This document shows, piece by piece, positions 1-11,104 of a stretch of 64,000 nt of DNA. Origin of the DNA: Bacillales bacterium (GTDB taxonomy: Bacteria; Bacillota; Bacilli; CAJFEE01). The notes under the pieces were generated by a model. The model did no database searches. It had not been told where the DNA came from and was given only the letters and a program-made list of their open reading frames with translations. A program made the translations under genes and the position numbers. Every line of letters starts with the position of its first letter. The stretch's first letter is position 1. The DNA lies in contig JAQSYP010000003.1 in NCBI GenBank assembly GCA_029256085.1, positions 3,891 to 67,890 of the forward strand, written 5' to 3'.

Positions 1-1299
1 AGAGAACGCGTACATATAGCCAAGGAATGCACCTACTAAACCAGGAACAACCCAGCCTACACCTAATGAGAAAAGAGGAACATTTTGGAATAATTTAGTT
101 AAAGTTGGGAGTGTATATCCAGCCGCTTTTAAAGCGTCAAATCCACTCATAACACCGACGAATAACATTGTACAAACGTAAACTGATTGATGACCTTTAA
201 AGAAGTTGTGTGTAAATGCAAGTGCGATTAATGCAATTGCTAACGGGTAAATACCAACTAATACTGGAACTGAGAACTTAAGGATTGTACTTAATCCAAG
301 GTTAGCAAAAAGTGTACTAGAAACTGTTAATACGACAACCCATTGCTTATAAGAAACTTTGTTAAATAACTGAGAGAAATATTGACCACATGAAGTGATT
401 AATCCAACTGAAGTTGTTAAACATGCTAATGCAAAAATTAAACCTAAGACAACTGCACCGAAATCACCAAAAAGATATAACGCTACGTTAGTTAACGTTT
501 TTGCACCTGTCTCTGAAGCCCCGAACATACTTGGACTTGCTGCACCTAAGTATGCCAAAACTCCATAAATTACTGCTAAGAATACACCAACAATTGCTCC
601 CGCTTTGATAGAACTTGAAATAATTACTTTTTCATTTTTTAATCCTAGCTGCATAAATGTCACGGAGATTACAATGCCGAAGTTTAATGCAGCAATAGTA
701 TCCATCGTCATATAGCCGTCAAGGAAACCTTTAAAAAATGGCATAGTAGCATAGTCGCCAGTTGGTGCAGATAAACTACCTAATGGCTTAACTAATGTTG
801 ATACGAATAAAAGTGCGATTAATACTAATAAAGCTGGAGTTAACAACTTACCCATTCTATCAACTAACTTAGTTGGGTTTAAACATAACCAAAAAGCGAG
901 CGCGAAATACGCAAGTGTATATAAGAATAATGCCAACTGTGGCTCAACAGCACCTTTTGGAAGAAACGGTGCAACTCCCATTTCAAATGCGAGACTGCCT
1001 GCTCTTGGAATAGCAAGAAATGGTCCGATTGCTAAGAAAATAACTACTGTAAAAACAACAGCGAATTTAGCTGAAACACGACTTGCTAAGTTTTGAAGAC
1101 CACCTGATTTTGCAACAGCTGCAACACCTAGAACAGGTAAACCAACTGCGGACACTAAAAATCCTGCAAGCGCAACCCAGACATTTGTTCCAGCGGCTTC
1201 TCCAAGTGATGGTGGAAAAATAAGATTTCCAGCTCCGAAAAACATTGAAAATAGCATTAAGCTAACGAATAGTAAATTTTTATTTGATACCTTTTCCAT
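1..1299 (-). CDS. brnQ: Branched-chain amino acid transport system II carrier protein (BrnQ family). The C-terminal end runs off the window; the ATG is at 1299 on the complement strand.
   Basis: Minus-strand translation is a polytopic membrane protein with BrnQ-like motifs. GGAGG RBS lies 8 nt upstream of the ATG. A T-box leader precedes it. Confidence 0.8.
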   Translation of the reverse strand, partial: MEKVSNKNLLFVSLMLFSMFFGAGNLIFPPSLGEAAGTNVWVALAGFLVSAVGLPVLGVAAVAKSGGLQNLASRVSAKFAVVFTVVIFLAIGPFLAIPRAGSLAFEMGVAPFLPKGAVEPQLALFLYTLAYFALAFWLCLNPTKLVDRMGKLLTPALLVLIALLFVSTLVKPLGSLSAPTGDYATMPFFKGFLDGYMTMDTIAALNFGIVISVTFMQLGLKNEKVIISSSIKAGAIVGVFLAVIYGVLAYLGAASPSMFGASETGAKTLTNVALYLFGDFGAVVLGLIFALACLTTSVGLITSCGQYFSQLFNKVSYKQWVVVLTVSSTLFANLGLSTILKFSVPVLVGIYPLAIALIALAFTHNFFKGHQSVYVCTMLFVGVMSGFDALKAAGYTLPTLTKLFQNVPLFSLGVGWVVPGLVGAFLGYMYAFS

Positions 1300-1387
1300 A
1301 GTAGTAAAACCTCCACGTTAAATTGTTTTTATATATAAAGCTTCTAATGTCTATAATGTCACTCTGCATATAAGACCACCCCCATAA

Positions 1388-1655
1388 ATTCTAGTTGAAA
1401 AAACAAAAAACTCGCCCCTAAAGAAAGGGACGAGTTGAACCCGCGTTACCACCCAAATTTGATAATAAATCACACTTTGCAACGTACATATTATACGCGA
1501 CCTTTTTAACGGCAGGTTCCCGTCAGCTCCTACTATAATGTTTGGAACTGATTCTCAGAGATGATATTCAATCAAGACCTGAACATCGGCTTTCAGCGAC
1601 CACCGACTCTCTTTAGGACAGATTACTTAACTTACTTGTTCTCTTCAACGAATTT
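1388..1655 (-). promoter_or_regulatory. T-box riboswitch leader for brnQ. The minus strand carries the conserved T-box sequence AAUUUGGGUGGUAACGCGGG (RC of 1441-1460). A terminator hairpin follows at 1405-1436 (aactcgtccctttctttaggggcgagtt) plus a U-run. The specifier is possibly AUC (Ile), unconfirmed.
   Basis: The T-box 14-mer GGGUGGNACCGCG matches and overlaps the 5' arm of an intrinsic terminator. An AGAGAG/GGUGG stem I distal motif is present. Confidence 0.7.
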
Positions 1656-1806
1656 TTAAATTATTTTGAATATTTGTATAGTTATGGATTATAGCAGTAA
1701 AAAAACACTTTGTAAACTCCTGTTTAGAAAATTTATTTCAAAACTTATAAAATTGGTGAAAATAGTGTTATACTTTCATATGTATTAATTTTTTGGAGGA
1801 TTATGA

Positions 1807-3399
<1,593 letters not shown>

Positions 3400-3403
3400 A
3401 AAT

Positions 3404-3437
3404 TCAGGACAGTGAGAAAACTTGCTGTCCTTTTTTG
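3404..3437 (+). terminator. Intrinsic terminator after the ABC-F gene.
   Basis: Stem ggacag…ctgtcc followed by TTTTTT. Confidence 0.6.
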
Positions 3438-3573
3438 TATTGTTATGTGAGAATATGTAGAATTATTTCCCAGGAAAAGAAATATATTTTATAATTTTTG
3501 ATTTTCTTAATCTATTGTTATTCTAGTAGTGATAAAATATATAGTAACCGTTTTCAATATAGGAGGATATTTG

Positions 3574-4800
3574 ATGAGTAGATTTAATGAATATTTTTTA
3601 ATGAAAACTGAAGATGTAATAGATTATGTTAGAGATAAACTTAATATTTTTCCAGATAATGCTCAGTTAAGTTGTGTTGAAATTGGAGATGGCAACTTAA
3701 ACTATGTTTTTAGAGTTGAGGATGTTGAGACAAATAAATCTATCATTGTTAAACAGGCAGGAGTCACTGCTAGAATATCAGATGAATTCAAATTATCGCC
3801 CGATAGAAATAGAATTGAAACAGAGGTGTTGATTTTACAAGGTGAGTTAGCACCTGGGTTAGTACCTCAAGTAATCTTGTTAGACAACACAATGAGTTGT
3901 TGTGTGATGGAGGATTTAAGAGATTATACTATAATGAGACAAGCATTAATAAGTCATGAGGTATTTCCTAAATTCGCGGACCATATAACTACGTTTCTAG
4001 CAAATACATTATTACTAACAAGTGACGTTGTAATGGACCATAAGGAAAAAAAGAAGTTAGTTGTGAACTACATTAATCCTGAACTTTGTGAGATTTCTGA
4101 AGATCTAGTTTATACTGAACCATTTAATGATATTAATAATAGAAACGAACTATTTGAAGCAAACAAGTCTTGGATAATAGAAAATATCTACAAAGACGAT
4201 GCTTTAAGGTTAGAAGCTGCTAAATTAAAATTTGAATTTATGACCAATACTGAAAGTTTAATCCATGGTGATTTGCATACGGGTTCAATTTTTATTAATA
4301 AAGAATCAACAAAAGTTATTGATCCGGAGTTTGCTTTCTATGGTCCTATGGGATACGACATTGGAAATGTTATAGCAAATTTGATTTTCGCATGGGTAAA
4401 TGCTGACGCGACAATTAATGATGAACATAAAAAAGCAGAGTATAAGGATTGGCTAGAAAAAACAATTATTAGCGTAATTGATTTATTTAGTAATAAATTC
4501 TTAGACTTATGGAAAATAAATGTTAACGATAAATTAGCTAAAGAAAACGGATTTGACAGATGGTATCTTAATAGAGTTATACAAGATACTGCAGGTGTAG
4601 CTGGATTAGAGTTGTCTAGAAGAATAATTGGGTTAGCAAAAGTTAAAGATATTACTTCTATAGAAGATATAAACAAAAGAGTGAAGGCAGAAAGAATCTG
4701 TCTAAGTGTAGCTAAGGACTACATTAAAAATAGAAGTGATTTCCGTGAGGGTAATGATTTTATACAAGCACTCAATAATGCAGAGCGACTATTTAAATAA
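3574..4800 (+). CDS. mtnK: 5-methylthioribose kinase.
   Basis: [20 protein letters not shown] and [12 protein letters not shown] motifs match MtnK. AGGAGG RBS precedes the ATG at 3574; the ORF-track start at 3529 has no RBS. Confidence 0.9.
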   Translation: MSRFNEYFLMKTEDVIDYVRDKLNIFPDNAQLSCVEIGDGNLNYVFRVEDVETNKSIIVKQAGVTARISDEFKLSPDRNRIETEVLILQGELAPGLVPQVILLDNTMSCCVMEDLRDYTIMRQALISHEVFPKFADHITTFLANTLLLTSDVVMDHKEKKKLVVNYINPELCEISEDLVYTEPFNDINNRNELFEANKSWIIENIYKDDALRLEAAKLKFEFMTNTESLIHGDLHTGSIFINKESTKVIDPEFAFYGPMGYDIGNVIANLIFAWVNADATINDEHKKAEYKDWLEKTIISVIDLFSNKFLDLWKINVNDKLAKENGFDRWYLNRVIQDTAGVAGLELSRRIIGLAKVKDITSIEDINKRVKAERICLSVAKDYIKNRSDFREGNDFIQALNNAERLFK

Positions 4801-4818
4801 TATTTTAAGGAGATAAAT

Positions 4819-5862
4819 ATGTCAGAACTACTACCTATTCAATGGAAAAATGATAAATTGGTGCTTTTAGACCAAACGGTTCTACCTAACGAAATAATTT
4901 ATGAAGAGTTCGAAACGATTGAGAGTGTTTGGGATGCGATTGTCGTAATGAAGGTAAGAGGGGCACCTGCAATTGGGGTATCTGCAGCTTACGGACTTTA
5001 TCTAGGTGTAAGAGAATTAGAATGTAATGATAGCAAAGAATTTTATGAGCAGGTTAAGGGAAAGGCAGCATACTTAGCTACATCCCGTCCGACTGCTGTT
5101 AATCTTTTCTGGGCATTAGAACGTATGGAAAATAAAGCAGAGCAGCTTGTGGATTTACCTGTTTCTTTAATGAAGGATGCTTTATTAGAAGAGGCTAAGT
5201 TAATTCACAAGGAAGACGAAGAAATTAATAGAATGATTGGCGAGAATTTATTAACTCTTCTAAAAGATGGAGTAGGGATTCTAACACATTGTAATGCAGG
5301 GGCTTTAGCGACAACTAAATATGGTACAGCAACTGCACCAATGTATTTAGCTAAGGAAAAAGGATGGAACTTTAAAGTATATTCAGATGAAACTAGACCT
5401 CGCCTTCAAGGATCTACCTTGACTGCTTTAGAGCTTCATCTGGCAGGAATAGACGTTACTGTAATTACTGATAATATGGCGGCAATGGTTATGTCACAAG
5501 GGAAAGTAGATGCTGTTATTGTTGGAACTGATAGGGTAGCAGCAAATGGAGATGTAGCCAATAAAATAGGAACGTTAGGAGTATCAATTTTAGCTAAGTA
5601 CTATAACATACCTTTTTATGTCGCGACACCTACTCCTACTATAGATTTAAGAACAGCAACTGGCAAAGAAATACCAATTGAAGAAAGAGAAACTACCGAA
5701 GTTACGAGTCGATTCGGATTAGAAACTGCACCAAAAGGTGTAAAGGTATATAATCCGGCATTCGATGTTACTCCTAATGAAAATGTAACTGCTATAATTA
5801 CAGAAAAGGGAATTGTCTATCCACCATTTGACGTAAACCTTAAAAAATTATTTGAACAATAG
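4819..5862 (+). CDS. mtnA: Methylthioribose-1-phosphate isomerase (eIF-2B alpha/beta/delta-like).
   Basis: Family signature. Adjacent to and co-oriented with mtnK. AAGGAG RBS. Confidence 0.9.
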   Translation: MSELLPIQWKNDKLVLLDQTVLPNEIIYEEFETIESVWDAIVVMKVRGAPAIGVSAAYGLYLGVRELECNDSKEFYEQVKGKAAYLATSRPTAVNLFWALERMENKAEQLVDLPVSLMKDALLEEAKLIHKEDEEINRMIGENLLTLLKDGVGILTHCNAGALATTKYGTATAPMYLAKEKGWNFKVYSDETRPRLQGSTLTALELHLAGIDVTVITDNMAAMVMSQGKVDAVIVGTDRVAANGDVANKIGTLGVSILAKYYNIPFYVATPTPTIDLRTATGKEIPIEERETTEVTSRFGLETAPKGVKVYNPAFDVTPNENVTAIITEKGIVYPPFDVNLKKLFEQ

Positions 5863-5873
5863 GGAGTTAAAAA

Positions 5874-6518
5874 ATGCTACTTCTACAAAAAGAGCGTGAA
5901 CTTATAGTTGAATATTGTAAAAAACTTATAACAAATGGACTAACAAAAGGAACGGGTGGCAATATTAGTATTTTCAATCGTGATGAAGGGTTGGTCGCTA
6001 TTAGTCCTAGTGGTATTGATTATTTTCAAACTAATCCTGAAGATATAGTCGTAATAGATTTAGATGGAAAAATAATTGATGGTAATAGAAAGCCTTCATC
6101 TGAGTTAGAAATGCATACTATCTTCTATAAAAATAGAGATGATATTGATGTTATAGTTCATACACACTCACCATTTGCTAAAACAATTGCTACGCTAAAT
6201 TGGGAATTACCACCTGTCTCGTATTTAGTTGCATTTGCCGGTCCAAACGTAAGGTGTGCTAATTATGCAACTTTTGGAACTAGTGATCTTGCAAAAAATG
6301 CATTTGAAGCAATGATAGATAGAAGAGCAGTTTTATTAGCAAATCATGGCCTTCTTGCAGGTGCTCACAATATCGAAACAGCGTTTACTATTGCAGAAGA
6401 AATAGAGTTCTGCTGTGAAATCTACTACAGAACAAAATCAATTGGTGAGCCCGTGATGCTCTCGAAAGAAGAGATGGAAATCCTAAGTGAAAAATTTAAA
6501 ACTTACGGGCAAAGATGA
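5874..6518 (+). CDS. mtnB: Class II aldolase/adducin-family protein, probably methylthioribulose-1-phosphate dehydratase.
   Basis: TGTGGNIS motif and His-rich metal site typical of class II aldolases. Operon context with mtnKA. Confidence 0.7.
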   Translation: MLLLQKERELIVEYCKKLITNGLTKGTGGNISIFNRDEGLVAISPSGIDYFQTNPEDIVVIDLDGKIIDGNRKPSSELEMHTIFYKNRDDIDVIVHTHSPFAKTIATLNWELPPVSYLVAFAGPNVRCANYATFGTSDLAKNAFEAMIDRRAVLLANHGLLAGAHNIETAFTIAEEIEFCCEIYYRTKSIGEPVMLSKEEMEILSEKFKTYGQR

Positions 6519-6793
6519 AAAAAGAAAGGTGTTTTAAATTGGAACAAGGCCCCCATATAATCGCCCATAAGCATTCGATTAATAATCAAGAATCAATAGA
6601 AGTATCTGAAATTTGTGGTTGTTTTTACTGTTTAGAATTTTTCTCTCCAGATGAAGTTGAAGAGTGGATTGATGATGTAAATGGTAAAACAGCACTATGC
6701 CCTCATTGTGGTATAGATTCGGTTATTGGTGATGCTGCGGGTTACTCATTGAATGAAACATTCTTAGAAAAAATGCATGAATATTGGTTTTAA
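6515..6793 (+). CDS. Small Cys-rich (CGCFYC…CPHC) zinc-ribbon-like protein, 92 aa, translationally coupled to mtnB by an ATGA overlap.
   Basis: 4-bp overlap with the mtnB stop. Four Cys sit in two CxxC-like pairs. No recognisable family. Confidence 0.5.
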   Translation: MKKERCFKLEQGPHIIAHKHSINNQESIEVSEICGCFYCLEFFSPDEVEEWIDDVNGKTALCPHCGIDSVIGDAAGYSLNETFLEKMHEYWF

Positions 6794-6831
6794 TATTAAA
6801 AGCCTTCTCGGTTTGTATGGGAAGGTTTTTT

Positions 6832-6942
6832 TAGCTAGTAGGAAAGTATAAACTTTGACTAGTTCATACTTTCCTGACGCATAAGTGCAACTACGGCTCT
6901 GCCGTCGCCTTAAAGGCTCGGCAATCGCCGAGTTTTCTTTAT
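6832..6942 (+). repeat. Dispersed MITE-like repeat family 1, copy A; other copies at 37146-37254 and 48738-48848 (inverted).
   Basis: About 110 bp with roughly 85% identity among three copies. Internal inverted repeats ggaaagtat(a/g)aact/agttcatactttcc and ctcggcaatcgccgag. Confidence 0.8.
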
Positions 6943-7033
6943 GTCATTAAAACTGTTTTGACAAAGGATAAGTATGGTAAGATATAAGGTAATTTAAAAT
7001 TATAATATTATTCAGTACTTACGGAGGATATTT

Positions 7034-7501
7034 ATGGAATGGATTTTAAAGAACTTCAAGGACTTAACCGTAGAAGAATTATATCGGATACTATCATTAA
7101 GAGGCGAGATATTTATAGTAGAACAAAATTGTCCTTACCAAGATATTGATTTTAAAGATTTAAAATCTAAACATCTTTTTGCGGTAATAGACGGTGAAGT
7201 AGCAGCGTATTGCCGTATTGTTGAAAAGGGCGTCTCCTTTGATGAAGTTTCAATCGGAAGAGTAGTAGTTAAAGATAAATATAGAACTATTGGACTTGGA
7301 CAACAAATGCTGCGAATGGCGATAAAGTATATAACTGACGAGATGAATGAACTTAATATTAGAATTTCGGCTCAAGCATATCTGAAAAAATTCTATTGTT
7401 CTCTAGGGTTTGAACAAGTTTCAGATGAATACCTAGAGGATGATATACCTCACATAGAAATGTTAAGAAATAAAGATATCTCGGCGATTGACGAGCATTA
7501 A
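7034..7501 (+). CDS. GNAT family N-acetyltransferase (ElaA-like).
   Basis: GNAT fold motifs (RGEIFIVEQ; Q/R-x-x-G-x-G/A). Confidence 0.8.
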   Translation: MEWILKNFKDLTVEELYRILSLRGEIFIVEQNCPYQDIDFKDLKSKHLFAVIDGEVAAYCRIVEKGVSFDEVSIGRVVVKDKYRTIGLGQQMLRMAIKYITDEMNELNIRISAQAYLKKFYCSLGFEQVSDEYLEDDIPHIEMLRNKDISAIDEH

Positions 7502-7572
7502 AGCGATGAGGAAGAGCATTAGTTGCAGTTTCTTATTAGCCAATAAAAATAGCCAAGCGTAAAATCGCTTGG

Positions 7573-8301
7573 CTATAGTTTTACAGATTCAATTACTGTT
7601 GCTTTATCGTCTTTTGTAAAAGAGTCTTTGTATTCAACTCTATCAATAACACAATCTTTTCCAATTGTTATCACACTACCACGAACTACTTTAGCTTTTG
7701 TGTTTTCTAGCTCGATAATGTCACCTTCAATAATATCAGCCGTCAAACCATCTTTTATTTCGATGAAAGATAAGAACTTATGGATAAACTTTTTTAACTT
7801 TGCCATTGTAGGTTTTATCTTTACTTTAACGTTTTCAGCGCCAATTTCTTTAGCGTAAGCCTTACCTACAATTTCGACATTTACATCACCCGCATTTAGA
7901 AGTCCATCTATATTAAACATTCCTTGGGAGTTAAATTGTTCAGCGTTGCAATCACCTTTAACCTTTAAAACTCCTCTAGTTTTAATAATATCAGTATTTA
8001 AAGAACCATCAATCTCTAAATATCCATCAACCTTAACATCTTTAGAAATTACACTACCTTCAATATCTAAGTGCCCATTAACTGTAAGGAAGTCTGCAGT
8101 AACCTTCCCGTTTACTTCACTTGTTCCGTTGATTGTTAACTTCTTCGTCTCAACATTCCCTAAAACTTCTGATACTCCATTTGTCTTAAAGGTAGAGCAT
8201 ACAAGATCACCTTTTATATCACCGTTACCATTAATAATAACTTTATCGTAAAATCCACCACTGGAAGATCCAGTACCATCAATTTTTAAGCTGGATTTCA
8301 T
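7573..8301 (-). CDS. Bactofilin-family polymer-forming protein (YhbE/YhbF-like).
   Basis: Reiterated G-x-V/I-x-G-N/D beta-helix repeats. Downstream of a YhbD-like gene, as in the B. subtilis yhbDEF operon. Confidence 0.7.
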   Translation of the reverse strand: MKSSLKIDGTGSSSGGFYDKVIINGNGDIKGDLVCSTFKTNGVSEVLGNVETKKLTINGTSEVNGKVTADFLTVNGHLDIEGSVISKDVKVDGYLEIDGSLNTDIIKTRGVLKVKGDCNAEQFNSQGMFNIDGLLNAGDVNVEIVGKAYAKEIGAENVKVKIKPTMAKLKKFIHKFLSFIEIKDGLTADIIEGDIIELENTKAKVVRGSVITIGKDCVIDRVEYKDSFTKDDKATVIESVKL

Positions 8302-8302
8302 A

Positions 8303-8932
8303 TTATAAACCTCCTAACTTTGATCTAAGTGTATCAATTTCATTTGAATAATCTATATTTGCTATTACTTTAGCTTTGTCTTCAATATAAAAATTTGAGT
8401 GACTAGAAATAATGAAGCACGTTGTAATACCTAGTTTTCTAGAAATGATAATATTAAAATTTGATTCGGTTTTTTGAGAAAGATTTCCCTCTAAAGTTTT
8501 TACAATTGATTTGCAATCCTCTAAAGTAATATCTCCGTTCTCAAGTTGCGTATTTACAATATACATATGTGCAATATTTTTTAGATTAAAAGTCACTTTG
8601 CTAGGATATAAACTTAAAAATAATTGCAAAGTATTATTTGAAACAATGTTGCGTTGCTCTAAGTCAGATACTGTAAGATTTACATTAGAAAAGTTAGGAG
8701 AGAAATGGTCAGAGATTTCATCTAGGGAAAGGTCGTCTTTCATACTTTGGATCTTTTCAATTCTTTGAACTATCTCACCCTTTGGAAAGAAAGTTTCCTG
8801 TCCCGTAAATGTTGATTTTCTAATAAACCAATGCTCTGGTATTAAATTTTTTCTTTTCCATCTGTATAGTTGTCCGTAAGTTATGTTCATTAAGTCTAAT
8901 AAGTCTTTTTTGGAAATAAGTTCCTTTTCCAT
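8303..8932 (-). CDS. YhbD-like DUF4004 protein with an N-terminal MerR-like HTH.
   Basis: N-terminal KKDLLDLMNITYGQLYRWKRKNLIP HTH region. Operon with the bactofilin gene. Confidence 0.6.
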   Translation of the reverse strand: MEKELISKKDLLDLMNITYGQLYRWKRKNLIPEHWFIRKSTFTGQETFFPKGEIVQRIEKIQSMKDDLSLDEISDHFSPNFSNVNLTVSDLEQRNIVSNNTLQLFLSLYPSKVTFNLKNIAHMYIVNTQLENGDITLEDCKSIVKTLEGNLSQKTESNFNIIISRKLGITTCFIISSHSNFYIEDKAKVIANIDYSNEIDTLRSKLGGL

Positions 8933-8950
8933 AATTTATCACCTCACTAC

Positions 8951-8979
8951 GAGTGTAACATAACACTGTTACACTGTAA
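8951..8979 (-). promoter_or_regulatory. Putative σA promoter for yhbD-like gene with embedded perfect palindrome GTGTAACA-N6-TGTTACAC (8952-8973). On the minus strand the -35 is TTTACA (8974-8979) and the -10 is TACACT (8951-8956).
   Basis: 17-bp spacing of the hexamers. The palindrome fills the spacer and overlaps the -10, suggesting an operator for the adjacent MerR-like protein. Confidence 0.45.
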
Positions 8980-9237
8980 AGATTAGCTCAAAAAAACTTA
9001 CGACAAAAATATTTCTAGTTTTAATAATACTAAAATATAATTATTTAATGATTGTTTATAAATGTATGATTACTTCCGCAAGGGGTTTAAATGGTATTGC
9101 AAGATCGGTAAATGCACATAGAAAGGTTTCTATGTGCATTTTAAACTATTTCTATTAAAGTAGAGAAGCTTTCATTAAAAATTAAATATACTTGAATAAT
9201 AAAATAAAAGGACCAAATGGCCCTTTTGGGTATAATT

Positions 9238-10551
9238 TTAGCTAACTTCTTTTGTTATATTTTTTCCTTTTGAAGGGGTAACTGAAATACCTGTGGACTC
9301 CTCAAAGTTATACAAACTTGTAGGTAAATCTGTAAAACGTTCAAGTTCATTGTAAGCTGGTATTCCGTGATAGGACATGTCTAAACCTTCTTCCTCTTCG
9401 CGGTCGGTCGCACGGAATCCAACAGTTTTTTCGCATAACTTTGAAACAAATGTACCACCAATAAGTCCCCAAGCAACTACGACAAATGCACCTAGTATTT
9501 GAACAGATAGTAAAGAATAGTTTCCGGTAGTTAGCAGTCCTTCACCATTGTCGAACAAACCTACTGCGATTGTACCGAATACACCGTTGAACCCATGAAC
9601 TGCAACCGCTCCAACCGGATCATCAACTTTTAAATTATCTACGAATAGTGTTGCGTAAATAACTATTAGTCCACTAATTGCACCAATTATAATAGCGCTC
9701 CATGTTGATACAAACGCGCATCCAGCTGTAATTGCAACGAGTCCAGATAGAACGCCGTTTATCGTCATACTTGGATCTGCTTTCCCAAACTTTCTAATAG
9801 TCATAAAAAGTGCGGATGCGCCACCGCTTGCTCCTGCCAACATAGTGTTTAATGCTATTAATGCTAAACTACTATTTGAAGCATCTAACGTACTTCCTGC
9901 ATTAAATGCAAACCAACCGAACCACAGAATAAAAGCGCCAGCTGATGCAAGTGGAATATTACTTGGTGCGAAAACATTAGTACTGCCATCTGAATTAAAA
10001 CGTCCTTTTCGCGGACCTAAATTTTTTGCCATTGCAAATGCTGCAAACCCTCCTACTGCATGGATAACTGCAGAACCTGCAAAATCTTTCATTCCTAAAC
10101 TAGCTAACCATCCATCGCTATTCCATACCCAATGTCCTGATAGAGGATAAATTATTAAACATATGAGAGCTGCGGTTATTATGTATGCATTAAAATTCAT
10201 ACGTTCAGCAACTGCGCCAGAAATTATTGATATACATGCTACGGCAAAACCGATTTGAAATAATACAAATGCAGCGCTAGGTAATGGAACTGATAGGACT
10301 ATGTTTTCTGGACTACCGAAGAGACTTGTTCCGATCAAACCCATAGCATCATCTCCGAACATTATTCCGAAGCCGATCAACCAAAAAGCTAAAGCACCAA
10401 CTGTTAAATCAACGAATATTTTCATTGTTACATTTACGGCATTTTTAGTACGAACAAAACCTGCTTCAAGAAGACTGAATCCGCCTTCCATAAATAAAAC
10501 CATTGCAGATGCTATAACTATCCAAATTGCGTTTAAATGAATAAGCTCCAT
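9238..10551 (-). CDS. amtB: Ammonium transporter (Amt family).
   Basis: 11-TM Amt signature with conserved FAVA/HG motifs. Downstream of a PII gene. Confidence 0.9.
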   Translation of the reverse strand: MELIHLNAIWIVIASAMVLFMEGGFSLLEAGFVRTKNAVNVTMKIFVDLTVGALAFWLIGFGIMFGDDAMGLIGTSLFGSPENIVLSVPLPSAAFVLFQIGFAVACISIISGAVAERMNFNAYIITAALICLIIYPLSGHWVWNSDGWLASLGMKDFAGSAVIHAVGGFAAFAMAKNLGPRKGRFNSDGSTNVFAPSNIPLASAGAFILWFGWFAFNAGSTLDASNSSLALIALNTMLAGASGGASALFMTIRKFGKADPSMTINGVLSGLVAITAGCAFVSTWSAIIIGAISGLIVIYATLFVDNLKVDDPVGAVAVHGFNGVFGTIAVGLFDNGEGLLTTGNYSLLSVQILGAFVVVAWGLIGGTFVSKLCEKTVGFRATDREEEEGLDMSYHGIPAYNELERFTDLPTSLYNFEESTGISVTPSKGKNITKEVS

Positions 10552-10556
10552 TGCTA

Positions 10557-10916
10557 TTAACCCTCCTCGATGACTAGATCATCGATGTCAAAATCAGGTG
10601 CACCAGTTCTGATGTTATAAGCATCTAGAATCGGAAACACATAGATTTTCCCATCGCCATCTTCGCCTGTTTGTGCGGAATCGACTATTGATTTAATCGT
10701 TGGTTCTACCATGTAATCGGAAAGTATAATTTCTAATTTTACTTTCGGGTGAAGTGATACTTTATAATTCTTACCTCTATATACTCCTTGGGTATCTTTT
10801 TGTTTCCCTCTCCCGACAACCTGGGATACAGTAAATCCGGTGATACCTATATTTTTCAAACCTTTTATTGTTTCTGTTAGTCGCTCTGGTCGAATTATTG
10901 CTTCAATTTTCTTCAT
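10557..10916 (-). CDS. glnK: Nitrogen regulatory protein P-II (GlnK/NrgB-like).
   Basis: PII family T-loop region (GRGKQKD…YRG) over a 119-aa protein. AGGTGGG RBS. Confidence 0.85.
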   Translation of the reverse strand: MKKIEAIIRPERLTETIKGLKNIGITGFTVSQVVGRGKQKDTQGVYRGKNYKVSLHPKVKLEIILSDYMVEPTIKSIVDSAQTGEDGDGKIYVFPILDAYNIRTGAPDFDIDDLVIEEG

Positions 10917-10960
10917 GTAAATTGACCCACCTATCTAATGTTAGTTTTCATTACATCTTA

Positions 10961-10977
10961 TGTAAAATATTATAACA
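10961..10977. promoter_or_regulatory. TnrA/GlnR box TGTAAAATATTATAACA (perfect TGTNAN7TNACA), about 45 bp upstream of the glnK start.
   Basis: Exact match to the B. subtilis TnrA/GlnR consensus. Sits in the promoter of the glnK-amtB operon, the known target type. Confidence 0.7.
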
Positions 10978-11104
10978 AATGTATTTAGGGGTCAATGGCA
11001 TTATATGTAAAAGTTATAAAAGGTAAAAAATATATGCTTTGTAATATTTTAATGGTATTTACCTAGACTATCATTATGTGATTTAAGTAAAGGGGGATCT
11101 ATCG

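Noticed and set aside
3529-3573. ORF-track extended starts (for example 3529 for mtnK, 21921 for moeA, 51122 for speE, 40537 for DUF423, 42893 for pta, 39214 for HAD, 41435 for gerQ).
   Set aside because: The upstream Met/TTG codons lack ribosome-binding sites, whereas internal starts have GGAGG-type RBS at 6-10 nt spacing and match homologue N-termini.
4338-4676. 112-aa minus-strand ORF antisense to mtnK.
   Set aside because: Entirely within mtnK, with no RBS. It is an AT-rich shadow ORF.
9845-10540. Plus-strand ORFs 9845-10150 and 10301-10540, antisense to amtB.
   Set aside because: Antisense to a highly conserved transporter gene, with Ala/Pro-rich translations typical of reverse-frame artefacts.
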